64,000 nucleotides of DNA, taken from IMG/VR virus record IMGVR_UViG_3300032163_000003, positions 46,070 to 110,069 of that record, one strand, 5' to 3'. This document shows, in pieces, positions 20,630-29,794 of this stretch (its first letter is position 1; the number at the start of each line of letters is the position of its first letter). This DNA is from a virus. Both the position numbers and the translations under genes were made by a program. Under the pieces are notes generated by a model. The model searched no databases, was not told where the DNA came from, and saw nothing but the letters and a program-made list of their open reading frames with translations.

Positions 20630-21490
20630 TTATAAGAACTTACTTCCGTTGAATCCACCTTGTACTCCTTTCCAGCATGTAGCTATAGCATTTGAAGTAT
20701 GAATATTTTCTTCATGCACACATCGAATAATCCAATCAAAGATTAATTCTTCTTGATTCAAAGCATTACATATTCTTCTTATTGAATCTTCTACAAATTG
20801 CATATTTGATGCAGCGATCCTAGCCACATCTTGTTCGTCCATTCTTCTCAATAGAGGATAAACTTTATTAGATACAGAATTTTCAACTAATTCTATTAGA
20901 GTTTCTAACCAAACAGTATGTTCTGGTTTAACTTCGACTAGTAATTCTGCATAAGCTCTTTGAGCATGAGGTATCCCATTTAGTCCTTTCTCTTTCAAAT
21001 CGTTACATAATGAAAAACTACAAGGACAATATGATGCATAAGGAACACGAACCTTTTGGGTAAATCGAAAATCATCGTAATCTAATCTTCCTGTAAAAGA
21101 ACATTGATAATATTGTGGAAATACTAAATTAGATTTGGGTGCTTTTTTATTTAAGGGCATTTCAAATTCGAATTTGATTAGACTGTGATTAGAATTAGTT
21201 TCTACAGCCGTTTTAAATTCTTTGAGAATATGTTTAATCAAATTATGTTTTAAAGGTTTATCTAAGTAGTTAGAAAGAGTTCTTAGAAGTTGAGACATCG
21301 AGATTCCTTTTATCTTAGGATCTAAGTCAGTTACCATTTCAACTTTAGATACCATTTCATGTGTTCCACCATATAAAGAATCAAGTTTAAAAGGGACTGA
21401 TACATTAGAAACGCCTACTTGGTTGATGTAAATTGGATAGTTTGAAGTTTCTGAATGTTGGATATCTGGAAGATTATCAATATCATTCAT
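20630..21490 (-). CDS. folE2: GTP cyclohydrolase IB (FolE2)
   Basis: LPDIQ, I.QVGV, KGISMS, YCPCS, HAQR, FVED..R, EENIH. Confidence 0.9.
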   Translation of the reverse strand: MNDIDNLPDIQHSETSNYPIYINQVGVSNVSVPFKLDSLYGGTHEMVSKVEMVTDLDPKIKGISMSQLLRTLSNYLDKPLKHNLIKHILKEFKTAVETNSNHSLIKFEFEMPLNKKAPKSNLVFPQYYQCSFTGRLDYDDFRFTQKVRVPYASYCPCSFSLCNDLKEKGLNGIPHAQRAYAELLVEVKPEHTVWLETLIELVENSVSNKVYPLLRRMDEQDVARIAASNMQFVEDSIRRICNALNQEELIFDWIIRCVHEENIHTSNAIATCWKGVQGGFNGSKFL

Positions 21491-21494
21491 TTTT

Positions 21495-22208
21495 TTAACT
21501 CCTCATTAAAATTTCTATATCTTTTTTTAGTTGTTCTAACGACGGGACTATATCCCGATTTTTTAGGCCTCCATATCTTATAAATTTCCATCCTTGCTCT
21601 TCACATCTTTTCTGTCTTTCTATATCTTTTTTGGGGTCTCCCAATGGACCTTCATGATAATACCACCCATCATACTCAACTACAATTTTATGTTCAAGAA
21701 TCACAGTATCTAAACTATAATTTAAAAATGGATAATTGATAATTATAGTTAGGTTAGGAAATAATAATTCAACGTTCTTACAAATTGTAGATTGTGGAAT
21801 AGAAGGATTTTTAATAAAACTAAGAGCATGTGAAGCTCCACCATTTTTCATCCGATGTCTTAGATTTTCTTTTCTTTTTTGGTTGATTCTCCAAGATTTT
21901 ATTTGACTATCTATACATCTGTTCCTTACCTCAAGATCTTTCCAAGACTTCTTATGTGATTTTGATTGTTTTTCTTTTACATCCAGTTTATTTTGAATTT
22001 TTCTTTGTATTTTAGACATTTTTCTTTTCATTTTTGGAGTATTAAGAAACTTCTTTCTGATTTTAGATAACTTATCTTTTACTTTATTCAAAGATTTTGA
22101 ATTCTTTTTCCTTAAAACTGGACAAGAATTTTTACTCTCGCTGCAGCACCACTTACCATTCCCAAACTGTTTTATTGCTTCTTGACCACAACCATAATTA
22201 CATAACAC
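21495..22208 (-). CDS. Homing-type endonuclease: CxYGCG module + Vsr/DUF559-like domain
   Basis: MLCNYGCGQEA...CCS...CP; YSLD...VEYDGWYYH...GWKFIRY. Confidence 0.75.
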   Translation of the reverse strand: MLCNYGCGQEAIKQFGNGKWCCSESKNSCPVLRKKNSKSLNKVKDKLSKIRKKFLNTPKMKRKMSKIQRKIQNKLDVKEKQSKSHKKSWKDLEVRNRCIDSQIKSWRINQKRKENLRHRMKNGGASHALSFIKNPSIPQSTICKNVELLFPNLTIIINYPFLNYSLDTVILEHKIVVEYDGWYYHEGPLGDPKKDIERQKRCEEQGWKFIRYGGLKNRDIVPSLEQLKKDIEILMRS

Positions 22209-22266
22209 TTTTCTTCCTCCAATATACTAGTTTATTATTTATTCCCATTATCGATTTTTCTTTCTT

Positions 22267-22542
22267 TTAAAAAATCCCCAACCAAGGTCTCTCGTCAACA
22301 TATCTTCCTCCGCCCATCATATTATCTAACCAGTTTAACTTTCCAGCTCCATGACATTTTGTGCATTCTGCAAGTGCCTTATCTTGGATTGTTTTTATAG
22401 TAACTCTCCACAAAACACCTTCTCCATGACAATTGTTATATAAAACTTCTTCCTCTTCTAGAACTACTAGTTGACATGTAAATTGATTGAATGTTCCTTT
22501 TATCTTTTTCTTTTTAGTCGTTTGTATCGAGGGAAAAGATAG
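22267..22542 (-). pseudogene. Start-less or decayed CxxCxGxG/DW family copy
   Basis: YNNCHGEG...CTKCHGAGKLNWLDNMMG, in frame after the TAA of 22543..23292. Confidence 0.5.
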
Positions 22543-23292
22543 TTAGTTTTCTCCTTTTGTTTGGTCCATCCCACAGACATTTTCTTTATCCTCTAGCAAC
22601 TTTTTAATATCTTCTTTTACTTGATCTAGAGTTGGAAATTTCTGAAAAATATTGTATCTTAAGAACTTCCATCCCTCTTCTTCAATTTCTTGTTGTCTTC
22701 TCTTATCGTATTCTTTTCGATCTTCTTTGTAAAAATGATACCAACCATCAAATTCTAAAATAATTCCTAAACTAGAATCAGCTATATCTACAACATAATT
22801 TCTTTTTCCTTTTCCTCTATAAATAGGAAATTTATGAATTGGTCGTGGAAGAAGTGTACAAGTCATATAGAAAAGTTCGTTTTCTGGTTTAGAATCATCT
22901 GAAATACAAGAACACATATAGACCGCTTGCCAATCCTTCATTCGTTTTGATTGTCTCTTCCTGCTTTCTTTCGTTACGAAACTAGCTGTGTAACTCGCTC
23001 CTCCATTTTTCATATATTCTGATTGAATTCTACATTCCTCGTGAGTTTCTTTAGTTCTACCAGTTATTTTTTCTGCTTGAATTCTTCTTCCTTCATGGTT
23101 CTCTTTTGTTCTTCCTATAAGTTTTTCTGCTTGTTTCTTTCGTCCTTCGTTATTTTCTTTCGTTCTTCCTCTTTTTGGGTCTCCTGTTCTTTTCTTTATT
23201 ACTGGACAAGAATTCTGACTCTCACTACAACATCGTTTGCCATTCTTTAACGTATGCTTCCCTTCTTGTCCACAACCATATTCACAAAGCAT
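22543..23292 (-). CDS. Homing-type endonuclease: CxYGCG module + GRTKE repeats + Vsr/DUF559-like domain
   Basis: MLCEYGCGQEG; three GRTKE..E repeats; LEFDGWYH...GWKFLRY. Confidence 0.75.
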   Translation of the reverse strand: MLCEYGCGQEGKHTLKNGKRCCSESQNSCPVIKKRTGDPKRGRTKENNEGRKKQAEKLIGRTKENHEGRRIQAEKITGRTKETHEECRIQSEYMKNGGASYTASFVTKESRKRQSKRMKDWQAVYMCSCISDDSKPENELFYMTCTLLPRPIHKFPIYRGKGKRNYVVDIADSSLGIILEFDGWYHFYKEDRKEYDKRRQQEIEEEGWKFLRYNIFQKFPTLDQVKEDIKKLLEDKENVCGMDQTKGEN

Positions 23293-23603
23293 TTTAAGAT
23301 TCCTCTGATAAGTATCTAATAATTTCTTCTTCTACTTTATCCATATATGAAATATCAATATCTCCAATTTCATGTTCTCTATCTTCTGAACAATAGAAGA
23401 CTACATATGGACCATCTCCTCTGGGCTCCCAGGAATCGTTATTGTCATCTCGAACTATTTCTCCATCTTCAATCCTAAATGACATACAAGGTTTAATATA
23501 GTCCACTGCAACGTCCGCGCCACATTCTTTACATTTCTTTGTTTCTATCATTTTTTACTACTCCTTACTACTAGTTTTGTTTGTGTTCTCATCTTCCCTT
23601 CAG

Positions 23604-23678
23604 AGGCGGCAGAGGGACTCGAACCCCCGATGTCGGTTTTGCAGACCGATGCTTTAAAACCACCTTAGCTATACCGCC
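23604..23678 (-). tRNA. tRNA-Cys(GCA)
   Basis: TCGGT-CT GCA AA-ACCGA; U73; CCA not encoded. Confidence 0.9.
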
Positions 23679-23962
23679 ACATCCTTTACATTTTCCATTC
23701 TTTTTCCAACAATTCTTTCAACCCAGTCAAGACGTCCATCTCCCAAACATTTTGGACAACGTCTTTTAAAGATTAATTCAGTTGAAGACAATTGGATCCA
23801 CTCTCGTTCTATTTCTATAAATTCAGTTGTAGTAACAAGATCTTGAGATTTTACATATATATATCTCCACTCCTTTCCTCTATATATTTCTAGAATCTTA
23901 TCAAATGTTGTAAGTGGACCAAACGTTCCTGCGCCTTCACAATATTCGCATATATAATCCAT
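23669..23962 (-). CDS. CxxCxGxG/DW family protein; stop codon inside tRNA-Cys
   Basis: CEYCEGAG...CPKCLGDGRLDWVERIVG. Confidence 0.65.
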   Translation of the reverse strand: MDYICEYCEGAGTFGPLTTFDKILEIYRGKEWRYIYVKSQDLVTTTEFIEIEREWIQLSSTELIFKRRCPKCLGDGRLDWVERIVGKRMENVKDVAV

Positions 23963-23971
23963 TTTAAACTC

Positions 23972-24298
23972 CTACCTATGAAAACTAATATTTAAAGTAC
24001 CACTTAGATCACCTCCATCTACTAATTTAAATTCTTCTAATATTTCTTTTAATTGTAATTGTATATAAGATTTTTCCTTTTCCATCATTCTCAGGTCCCC
24101 CCAATAAATTTCTTTACGTATTATTCTATCTATCCATAAAACTTGTCCAAGTCCTCCACATACTGGGCAAATATCTATTAGTATATTTTTACATGAACCC
24201 GGATGGTCACATCTTTTATTGCCTATCCAATGATTTCTTAATGTATTGAGTAAAACTCCTCTACCGTTGCATTTATCACATGTATAATATCCTTCCAT
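23972..24298 (-). CDS. CxxCxGxG/DW family protein
   Basis: CDKCNGRG...CPVCGGLGQVLWIDRII; start MEGYY with AAGGA SD. Confidence 0.6.
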   Translation of the reverse strand: MEGYYTCDKCNGRGVLLNTLRNHWIGNKRCDHPGSCKNILIDICPVCGGLGQVLWIDRIIRKEIYWGDLRMMEKEKSYIQLQLKEILEEFKLVDGGDLSGTLNISFHR

Positions 24299-24323
24299 TT
24301 TTTGTCCTTTTATTTGTAAGTTT

Positions 24324-24400
24324 TGGGGCGATCGATGAGATTCGAACTCATAACTCCTTGGGCCACAACCAAGTGTGGTAACCATTCCACTACGACCGCC
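24324..24400 (-). tRNA. tRNA-His(GUG)
   Basis: G-1:C73; CTTGG-TT GTG GC-CCAAG; CCA. Confidence 0.9.
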
Positions 24401-24723
24401 GTTTTTATTTTCTCTAACCATTTTTTTCTCTCATGTTTTTATTAAGTTTGAAAACTCTCAACATATAATCATACTTCTTTTTTGGGAGACGACTTTTAAG
24501 AGGAATAAAATCTCCAACAAAAGTATGCCATGCCTTTCCTGTTCTTAAATTATAAGTTACATAATAGTAATCCATCTCATCTTCTTCAAAACCCAAAACC
24601 ATTTCAACTTCGAAGAAGTTAAGAACCAGTTGTCCCTTATATTTCTTACATCTTTTTTGAAAAAGTTTTTTATTATCCATTCACACTTCCTTAACAATTT
24701 TTTACTTCTCCATTCTTTTGTTT

Positions 24724-24800
24724 TGGCTGCCACAGCAGGATTCGAACCTGCGCATAATTCGGTTAACAGCCGAATGCCTTACCAGCTTGGCTATGTGGCA
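24724..24800 (-). tRNA. tRNA-Asn(GUU)
   Basis: TTCGG-CT GTT AA-CCGAA; GCCA. Confidence 0.92.
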
Positions 24801-24804
24801 ACAT

Positions 24805-25383
24805 CTATTTTTCTCGTAGGTTAAATTTATAATTGGGTGTTAGCGAGTGACAGTTTGGGCACAGAAGTTCTAAATTTCCTTCTTTCGAATTAAATTTGTT
24901 TCCATCAATATGATGAAGATCTATTGGAACTTTCCCTGTAAATTGATTGATTTCTTCCCACCCGCATTTAGAACATTTGTTCCTGTGTTTTTCAATCATG
25001 TATCTTTTAACCATTCCGCTTGTACCATTTTTTACAGTTCCTGAAATTTCTCCGCTCAACCACTTTTTTATAAAATCATTATATCTAAATATTTCGTAAC
25101 ACTCATAACTACAAAATTTTGGATAGCTTATTTCTTTTCCGCAATTTTTACAGAAATACTTTCCTTTTATTTTATTTGGTTTCTTACTATTGGAATAGAT
25201 TCCTGCGCATGACCTATTACAAAAGTTACTAGTTTTACTTATTACTTTCTTTCCACAGTGTAGACAAAATCTTTCATTAATAGGATTTAAAACGCAGAAT
25301 TTTTCGTGAGATCTTATAGTTTGTGGGGTAGTTTTCCTTCCACAAAATCTACATACTGATTTAATTTTTGGTTGAGCTCTCAT
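24805..25383 (-). CDS. HNH homing endonuclease, ending 4 nt before tRNA-Asn
   Basis: IDLHHIDGN..N....NLELLCPNCH. Confidence 0.85.
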   Translation of the reverse strand: MRAQPKIKSVCRFCGRKTTPQTIRSHEKFCVLNPINERFCLHCGKKVISKTSNFCNRSCAGIYSNSKKPNKIKGKYFCKNCGKEISYPKFCSYECYEIFRYNDFIKKWLSGEISGTVKNGTSGMVKRYMIEKHRNKCSKCGWEEINQFTGKVPIDLHHIDGNKFNSKEGNLELLCPNCHSLTPNYKFNLREK

Positions 25384-25966
25384 ATTTTCACCACCACAAA
25401 TTTTGAAAATACTTTCCGAACAACCTGAATCCTTTACTAATTCTTTTCCAATCCTTTTTGGTTAGAACACATCCATAGTACAACTCTTCGTTTGAACAAA
25501 CTTCCATAGAATATATTATATGGTCTAATATTTCGTTCCATTCTTCTATAGAAGATAGAAAACCAGGATAACCACAATTTACTTCTTTGAATCTTTTCAA
25601 TCGCGGAAGAACAAATCTAGCTATTGTTGAATCCAAAGACCAAGTGTCGCTATCATCCCAACCTCTTTCCTTTCTTTGTTTTCTAAATAATCTTGCTCTT
25701 TTTGCTAGATCTCGTTTTTCTTTTTTATTCATTCTTTCTTTTCCTTTTATCTTTTAATAGACACCAGTTTGGTATTCCTTCTCCTTCCCGAGAATCAAGA
25801 ACTTTATTTTCCCAACTATCTACTCTTTTTTCTTCATCTAGTTCTTCTACTCTAGAACAAAAAGAATGAAATTCAGTCTCAAATTTACTATGACATTCCC
25901 AACAATTTGATATTAGAAGTAGTTTTATTCTTCCAGTTCTTATTCCCATTGATTCTCCTTTTTGTT

Positions 25967-26097
25967 TGGTGGCGGCGGGTGATTTCGAACCACCATTACC
26001 TAACTGAGGATTTCACTTCACAGTTCCAGAAGTACCGCGAATCCTCCATGTCTATCCCAACTAGGTAGGCTTGTTACCCCCTTAGCCGACAACCGCC
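25967..26097 (-). ncRNA. tRNA-like RNA (131 nt) with a greatly extended anticodon arm
   Basis: GGCGGT/GCCGCC-ACCA acceptor, GGCT/AGCC D-like stem, GGTGG TTCGAAA TCACC T arm, long inserted arm. Confidence 0.7.
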
Positions 26098-26104
26098 TTT
26101 AGTT

Positions 26105-26182
26105 TGGTAGCCCATGCAGGACTCGAACCTGCGACCTAGGACTTAGAAGGACCTTGCTCTATTCCACCTGAGCTAATGGGTC
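26105..26182 (-). tRNA. tRNA-Arg(UCU), with stem mismatches
   Basis: AGGTC-CT TCT AA-GTCCT; acceptor GACCCAT/ATGGGCT; ACCA. Confidence 0.8.
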
Positions 26183-26863
26183 TTTTCTATGAGTCTTTAA
26201 GTTAAACTTATAGTTCTTAGTTAAAGAATGATGATTTGGACACAAAAGTTCTAAATTTTCTTCTATTGAACTAAATCTATTTCCATCTATATGATGTAGT
26301 TCTAGAGGAATTAGATTAGTAAATTGATTTACTTCTGACCATCCACATACAGAACATTTATTGTTGTATTTTTTTAGGATGTACTTCCTTATAAGAGTAG
26401 AAGCACCACCTGATGTATTTCCAGAAATTTTTCCGTCTTTCCATTTACTTATATATTCTTTATATTTATACTCACTATGACAAAAACCATTGCAAAACTG
26501 TTTCATCCACTTAATAACTTTCCCGCAATTTTTACAGTAGCTTATTCTAAAAAATTTTGGTATTCTATTTTTGTTGTTATAGAAAGCAGCACATGTACTA
26601 TTACAAAATTTTTTATTGTGGTTTATTTCCTTGTTACACCATAGGCAATATTCTATCGTACATGTTTTTTTATGAAGAGGAAAAGCCATTGATCCAACTG
26701 TCTTATTACACACCGGACATAAAACTCTAGGTTTGGATTTAAGCGAGATTGAACTTCGATTTCTTTTTCCTGGACATTTATTAATACTATTACTACAACA
26801 TCGTTTCTTTCCAATTTTAAACTTTGATTCTTGACCACATCCGTATTCGCATAACATATACAT
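26159..26863 (-). CDS. HNH homing endonuclease with CxYGCG module; stop inside tRNA-Arg D-loop
   Basis: MLCEYGCGQES; LELHHIDGN...NLELLCPNHH; ends DPLAQVE*. Confidence 0.85.
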   Translation of the reverse strand: MYMLCEYGCGQESKFKIGKKRCCSNSINKCPGKRNRSSISLKSKPRVLCPVCNKTVGSMAFPLHKKTCTIEYCLWCNKEINHNKKFCNSTCAAFYNNKNRIPKFFRISYCKNCGKVIKWMKQFCNGFCHSEYKYKEYISKWKDGKISGNTSGGASTLIRKYILKKYNNKCSVCGWSEVNQFTNLIPLELHHIDGNRFSSIEENLELLCPNHHSLTKNYKFNLKTHRKDPLAQVE

Positions 26864-26914
26864 ATCTCCTTTTAGTATATGTTCTATATACGAATACGAA
26901 TGGGAACACTCCTT

Positions 26915-26992
26915 TGGTCGGGGCGAAGAGATTTGAACTCTCGACTTGCAGTTTAAAAGACTGCTACTCTAAACCATCTGAGTTACGCCCCA
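26915..26992 (-). tRNA. tRNA-Lys(UUU)
   Basis: GCAGT-CT TTT AA-ACTGC; ACCA. Confidence 0.9.
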
Positions 26993-27231
26993 ATTTTCTT
27001 TACATAGACTACTGATCCATCATGCCATATTTCTCTGTTAAATATTTCAATATCTCTTTCTGGAATATAACCTTTAGGTTTAATTACATTAGTAACCCAA
27101 TCTACCTTTTTCTTTCCATAACAAACTGTACATGTTGCTATTCCTGTTGTTGTGAGAGTAGAAGCATTATACGGGTCGGTAAAAAATATACTCCCCTTTC
27201 CATTACAGAATTCGCATTTGTAGAATTCCAT
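26983..27231 (-). CDS. CxxCxGxG/DW family protein; stop codon inside tRNA-Lys
   Basis: CEFCNGKG...CTVCYGKKKVDWV. Confidence 0.65.
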   Translation of the reverse strand: MEFYKCEFCNGKGSIFFTDPYNASTLTTTGIATCTVCYGKKKVDWVTNVIKPKGYIPERDIEIFNREIWHDGSVVYVKKIGA

Positions 27232-27247
27232 TTATTTCTCCCAAGAG

Positions 27248-27319
27248 TGTTCCCAGCGGGATTTGAACCCGCGTTGCCGAATTGAAAGTCCGGTATCCTG
27301 GCCTCTAGATGATGGGAAC
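27248..27319 (-). tRNA. tRNA-Glu(UUC)
   Basis: GTTCCCA/TGGGAAC; CCGGA-CT TTC AA-TTCGG; CCA not encoded. Confidence 0.88.
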
Positions 27320-27326
27320 ATTTGGC

Positions 27327-27755
27327 TTATAGTTCTCTATTAGGAATTTCTTCTACGCATTCATATGGATATACAATCCAATCTGTGTTCAGACATTGGT
27401 CAACAAAGTAAGTTGGTCTAACAGGTGACCTTGGTTTGTAATGGATTGTTGCTATACCATGATTTCCCCTTGTGTAGTAAGGATCTTTGAAATCATATAT
27501 ACTTACCAATTCTTGTAACGTCTTTCCTGTATCAGTTATATCATCTACTATTAGCATATCTTTGTCTAAAGAATTTAAAAAGTTAGTTGTCAAGGTCAGA
27601 TTACAATAATGACTCAAGTAGACAGCCACAATCAATCCGCCTCTTGGAATTCCATATACATGAGTGTACTTACCTTTTGGAATCATTGCTACTAACTTCA
27701 AAATCTTATCATGAAACTCTTGTGGAGATAAAATAATTTTATTCCATTCGTGCAT
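27327..27755 (-). CDS. Purine phosphoribosyltransferase-like protein
   Basis: GIPRGG, LIVDDITDTGKT, WIVYPY. Confidence 0.85.
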   Translation of the reverse strand: MHEWNKIILSPQEFHDKILKLVAMIPKGKYTHVYGIPRGGLIVAVYLSHYCNLTLTTNFLNSLDKDMLIVDDITDTGKTLQELVSIYDFKDPYYTRGNHGIATIHYKPRSPVRPTYFVDQCLNTDWIVYPYECVEEIPNREL

Positions 27756-28326
27756 TGTTCTCTCCTCTATTGTTCATACTTCTTTTTTAACTTTTCTAAT
27801 TGTTTCCTTTCTTCTTTCTCTAAACTTTTTGATATCCATTCGGACCTCCTTTTAAACAATTAAATCTAACTCAATTTTTTCTAGTTCATAATATTTCTTG
27901 TACGCATCAACGAAAGTTTTAAGACTGCTGATAAATTCCTTACCGCGTCCACGATCGTCGTCTTGTACTGCCCACGGTAGAGAAATGCGAATATGAGGAT
28001 CTTCCGAGTTTACTGCTTTATTCAGTTTCTCCAAAGCATCGTGAATCTTTACTATTTTTGACTTCTTTATTCTTTTCATTAACAACTCCTTTGTGCTATT
28101 TCCTGTGTAAAAAGATTAAAGAAACGACCAGGTATGACTTTTTTAGCACACGGATCACACAAGTATTTGTCTACCCCACCAACTCGTCGATTGAAAGTAA
28201 TTCGAATCAAACTTCGTTGTATGTGTAAGCACTTGTTACACTTTCCATCAAATCCACTACGTTTTATATCTGTGATAAGGTTGGAATAAATTGTTGACAT
28301 TATTTACCTCTTTTCAAACTGACAAA

Positions 28327-28411
28327 TGGTGCCCAAGGAGGGATTCGAACCCTCACAGGTTTCCCCACCGCTTTTTGAAAACGGCGCGTTTGCCAGTTAC
28401 GCCACCTGGGC
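28327..28411 (-). tRNA. tRNA-Leu(CAA)
   Basis: CCGTT-TT CAA AA-AGCGG; long variable arm; ACCA. Confidence 0.9.
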
Positions 28412-28817
28412 TAAATTAATGTTTCTACAAATTTTAAAACCTTAATTTTTCTTTCTTTACACTCTTTTTCCCAAGAAGAAATCCTTTCTTTAAACACATC
28501 TCTTAAAGCTGCTTTCGCTTCTCCCACAGAAGAGAATTGATATTTATATGCATTTCCCCTACCGTTTGACAAAATAAATACTTTTTGTTTAGTAATTTTA
28601 TTTGTCGCTTCTATTATGTCAAAATATTCAAGACCATTATTGCAAACATTCGGTGCTCTTATTTCTTCAACTTCTTTTACTTCTAAACATTCTTCTACTT
28701 TTCTCGATTACATGCTGGAAGAACTAAGCAGTTGGTGCATAGTCTTTTTGGGATAATAGGTTTGTCACCATATCGTGCTCTGAAATAAGAATCAGAGAAC
28801 GGAATCTTTTTCTTCAT
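28411..28817 (-). pseudogene. Frameshifted CX2CX5C family gene
   Basis: MKKKIP...CTNCLVLPACNREK*; a second frame continues VEECLEV...ETLI* from the A-run near 28700. Confidence 0.55.
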
Positions 28818-28836
28818 TGATATTTCTCCATTATCA

Positions 28837-28912
28837 TGGTGGAACCGGAAGGTATCGATCCTTCGACCTCTTGCTCTTCAGGCAAGCGCTCTACCAGCTG
28901 AGCTACAGTTCC
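28837..28912 (-). tRNA. tRNA-Phe(GAA), A54 in T-loop
   Basis: CTTGC-CT GAA GA-GCAAG; T-loop ATCGATA; ACCA. Confidence 0.88.
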
Positions 28913-28919
28913 ATTTAAT

Positions 28920-29050
28920 TACATGTGATAGGGAGTCCCGATTCTCCACCCCACTCTTTCTACCTTAACAGGTCCGTTCATCCTGTTTATTCTGGATTGC
29001 TTACCAAGCAGACGTGCAATTTATTGATCGTCTCGTACACCACACATGTA
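28920..29050 (-). ncRNA. Candidate structured RNA (131 nt) between tRNA-Val and tRNA-Phe
   Basis: TACATGTG/CACATGTA terminal stem; internal AGACG/CGTCT, TGCTT/AAGCA, AACAGG/CCTGTT; GC-richer than flanks. Confidence 0.55.
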
Positions 29051-29056
29051 AAGATT

Positions 29057-29135
29057 TGGTGCACCCTGCAGGATTCGAACCTGCGAAACCTTTCGGATGT
29101 AAGCCGAATGCTCTACGCAACTGAGCTAAGGGTGC
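29057..29135 (-). tRNA. tRNA-Val(UAC)
   Basis: TTCGG-CT TAC AT-CCGAA; ACCA. Confidence 0.9.
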
Positions 29136-29142
29136 AGTGCTC

Positions 29143-29229
29143 TGGCGGAGAGAGAAGGATTCGAACCTTCGGTTCTTTCGAACGCCGACTTAGCAGATCG
29201 GTACCTTTTAGCCTCTCGGTCATCTCTCC
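29143..29229 (-). tRNA. tRNA-Ser(GCU)
   Basis: CCGAT-CT GCT AA-GTCGG; long variable arm; GCCA. Confidence 0.9.
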
Positions 29230-29462
29230 GGTTTATTTTTTCTATCTAAGCATTCCTCATTCTTCTCAACCTTCAAGTCTTGCATACATATACCAAGATG
29301 GTGTTTCTTTCTTGGGTGGATTATATTCATTATTGTAATCTCTACAATACTTCTCAGCTTCTGCTTTAGTTTTAAACTCTATAGTTTCGTCAACTCTTTG
29401 TCCCAACCAGCTTCAGATTCGATGATAAATACTTTTACCTTTTTCAATATTCCCCTTTGAGA

Positions 29463-29592
29463 TATAGCCTCAAACCCTAATAGTCTTTTGGGCGTCCTTT
29501 GTTAAGGTCTACTTTCTTAAACCGACCCTGCGCAAGGTGTCAGCAAAATACTATTTCGAACCTACTCAGAGTGTTTGGCGTCTGAGGCTATA
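29463..29592 (-). ncRNA. Candidate structured RNA (130 nt) downstream of tRNA-Ala
   Basis: 13-bp terminal stem TATAGCCTCAGAC/GTTTGAGGCTATA; inner AATAGT.TTTTG/CAAAA.ACTATT; two apical hairpins. Confidence 0.7.
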
Positions 29593-29604
29593 CAATATTT
29601 TCGA

Positions 29605-29680
29605 TGGTGGAGGCGGACGGGGTCGAACCGTCGCTTTCTTGCGTGCAAGACAAGTGTTTTCCCAGTTAAACTACGCCCCC
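29605..29680 (-). tRNA. tRNA-Ala(UGC)
   Basis: G3:U70; CT TGC AC loop; ACCA. Confidence 0.92.
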
Positions 29681-29690
29681 GTTTTATTTT

Positions 29691-29765
29691 TGGCTGAGGG
29701 AGAAGGGGTCGAACCTTCAATTTCTCGGGTCAAAGCCGGGCGTCTTTCCATTAGACAATCCCTCA
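29691..29765 (-). tRNA. tRNA-Gln(UUG)
   Basis: U1:A72; CT TTG AC loop; GCCA. Confidence 0.9.
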
Positions 29766-29794
29766 ATAAATTTTTAACATAGTTATCTACTTGT

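Noticed and set aside
25967-26097. tmRNA
   Set aside because: No G3:U70 pair, has a D-like stem, far too short and no tag reading frame.
26893-26908. tRNA 5' stub upstream of the Arg-linked HNH (GTTCCCATTCGT)
   Set aside because: Only 7-8 nt resemble a tRNA start and no D arm follows; too weak to call.
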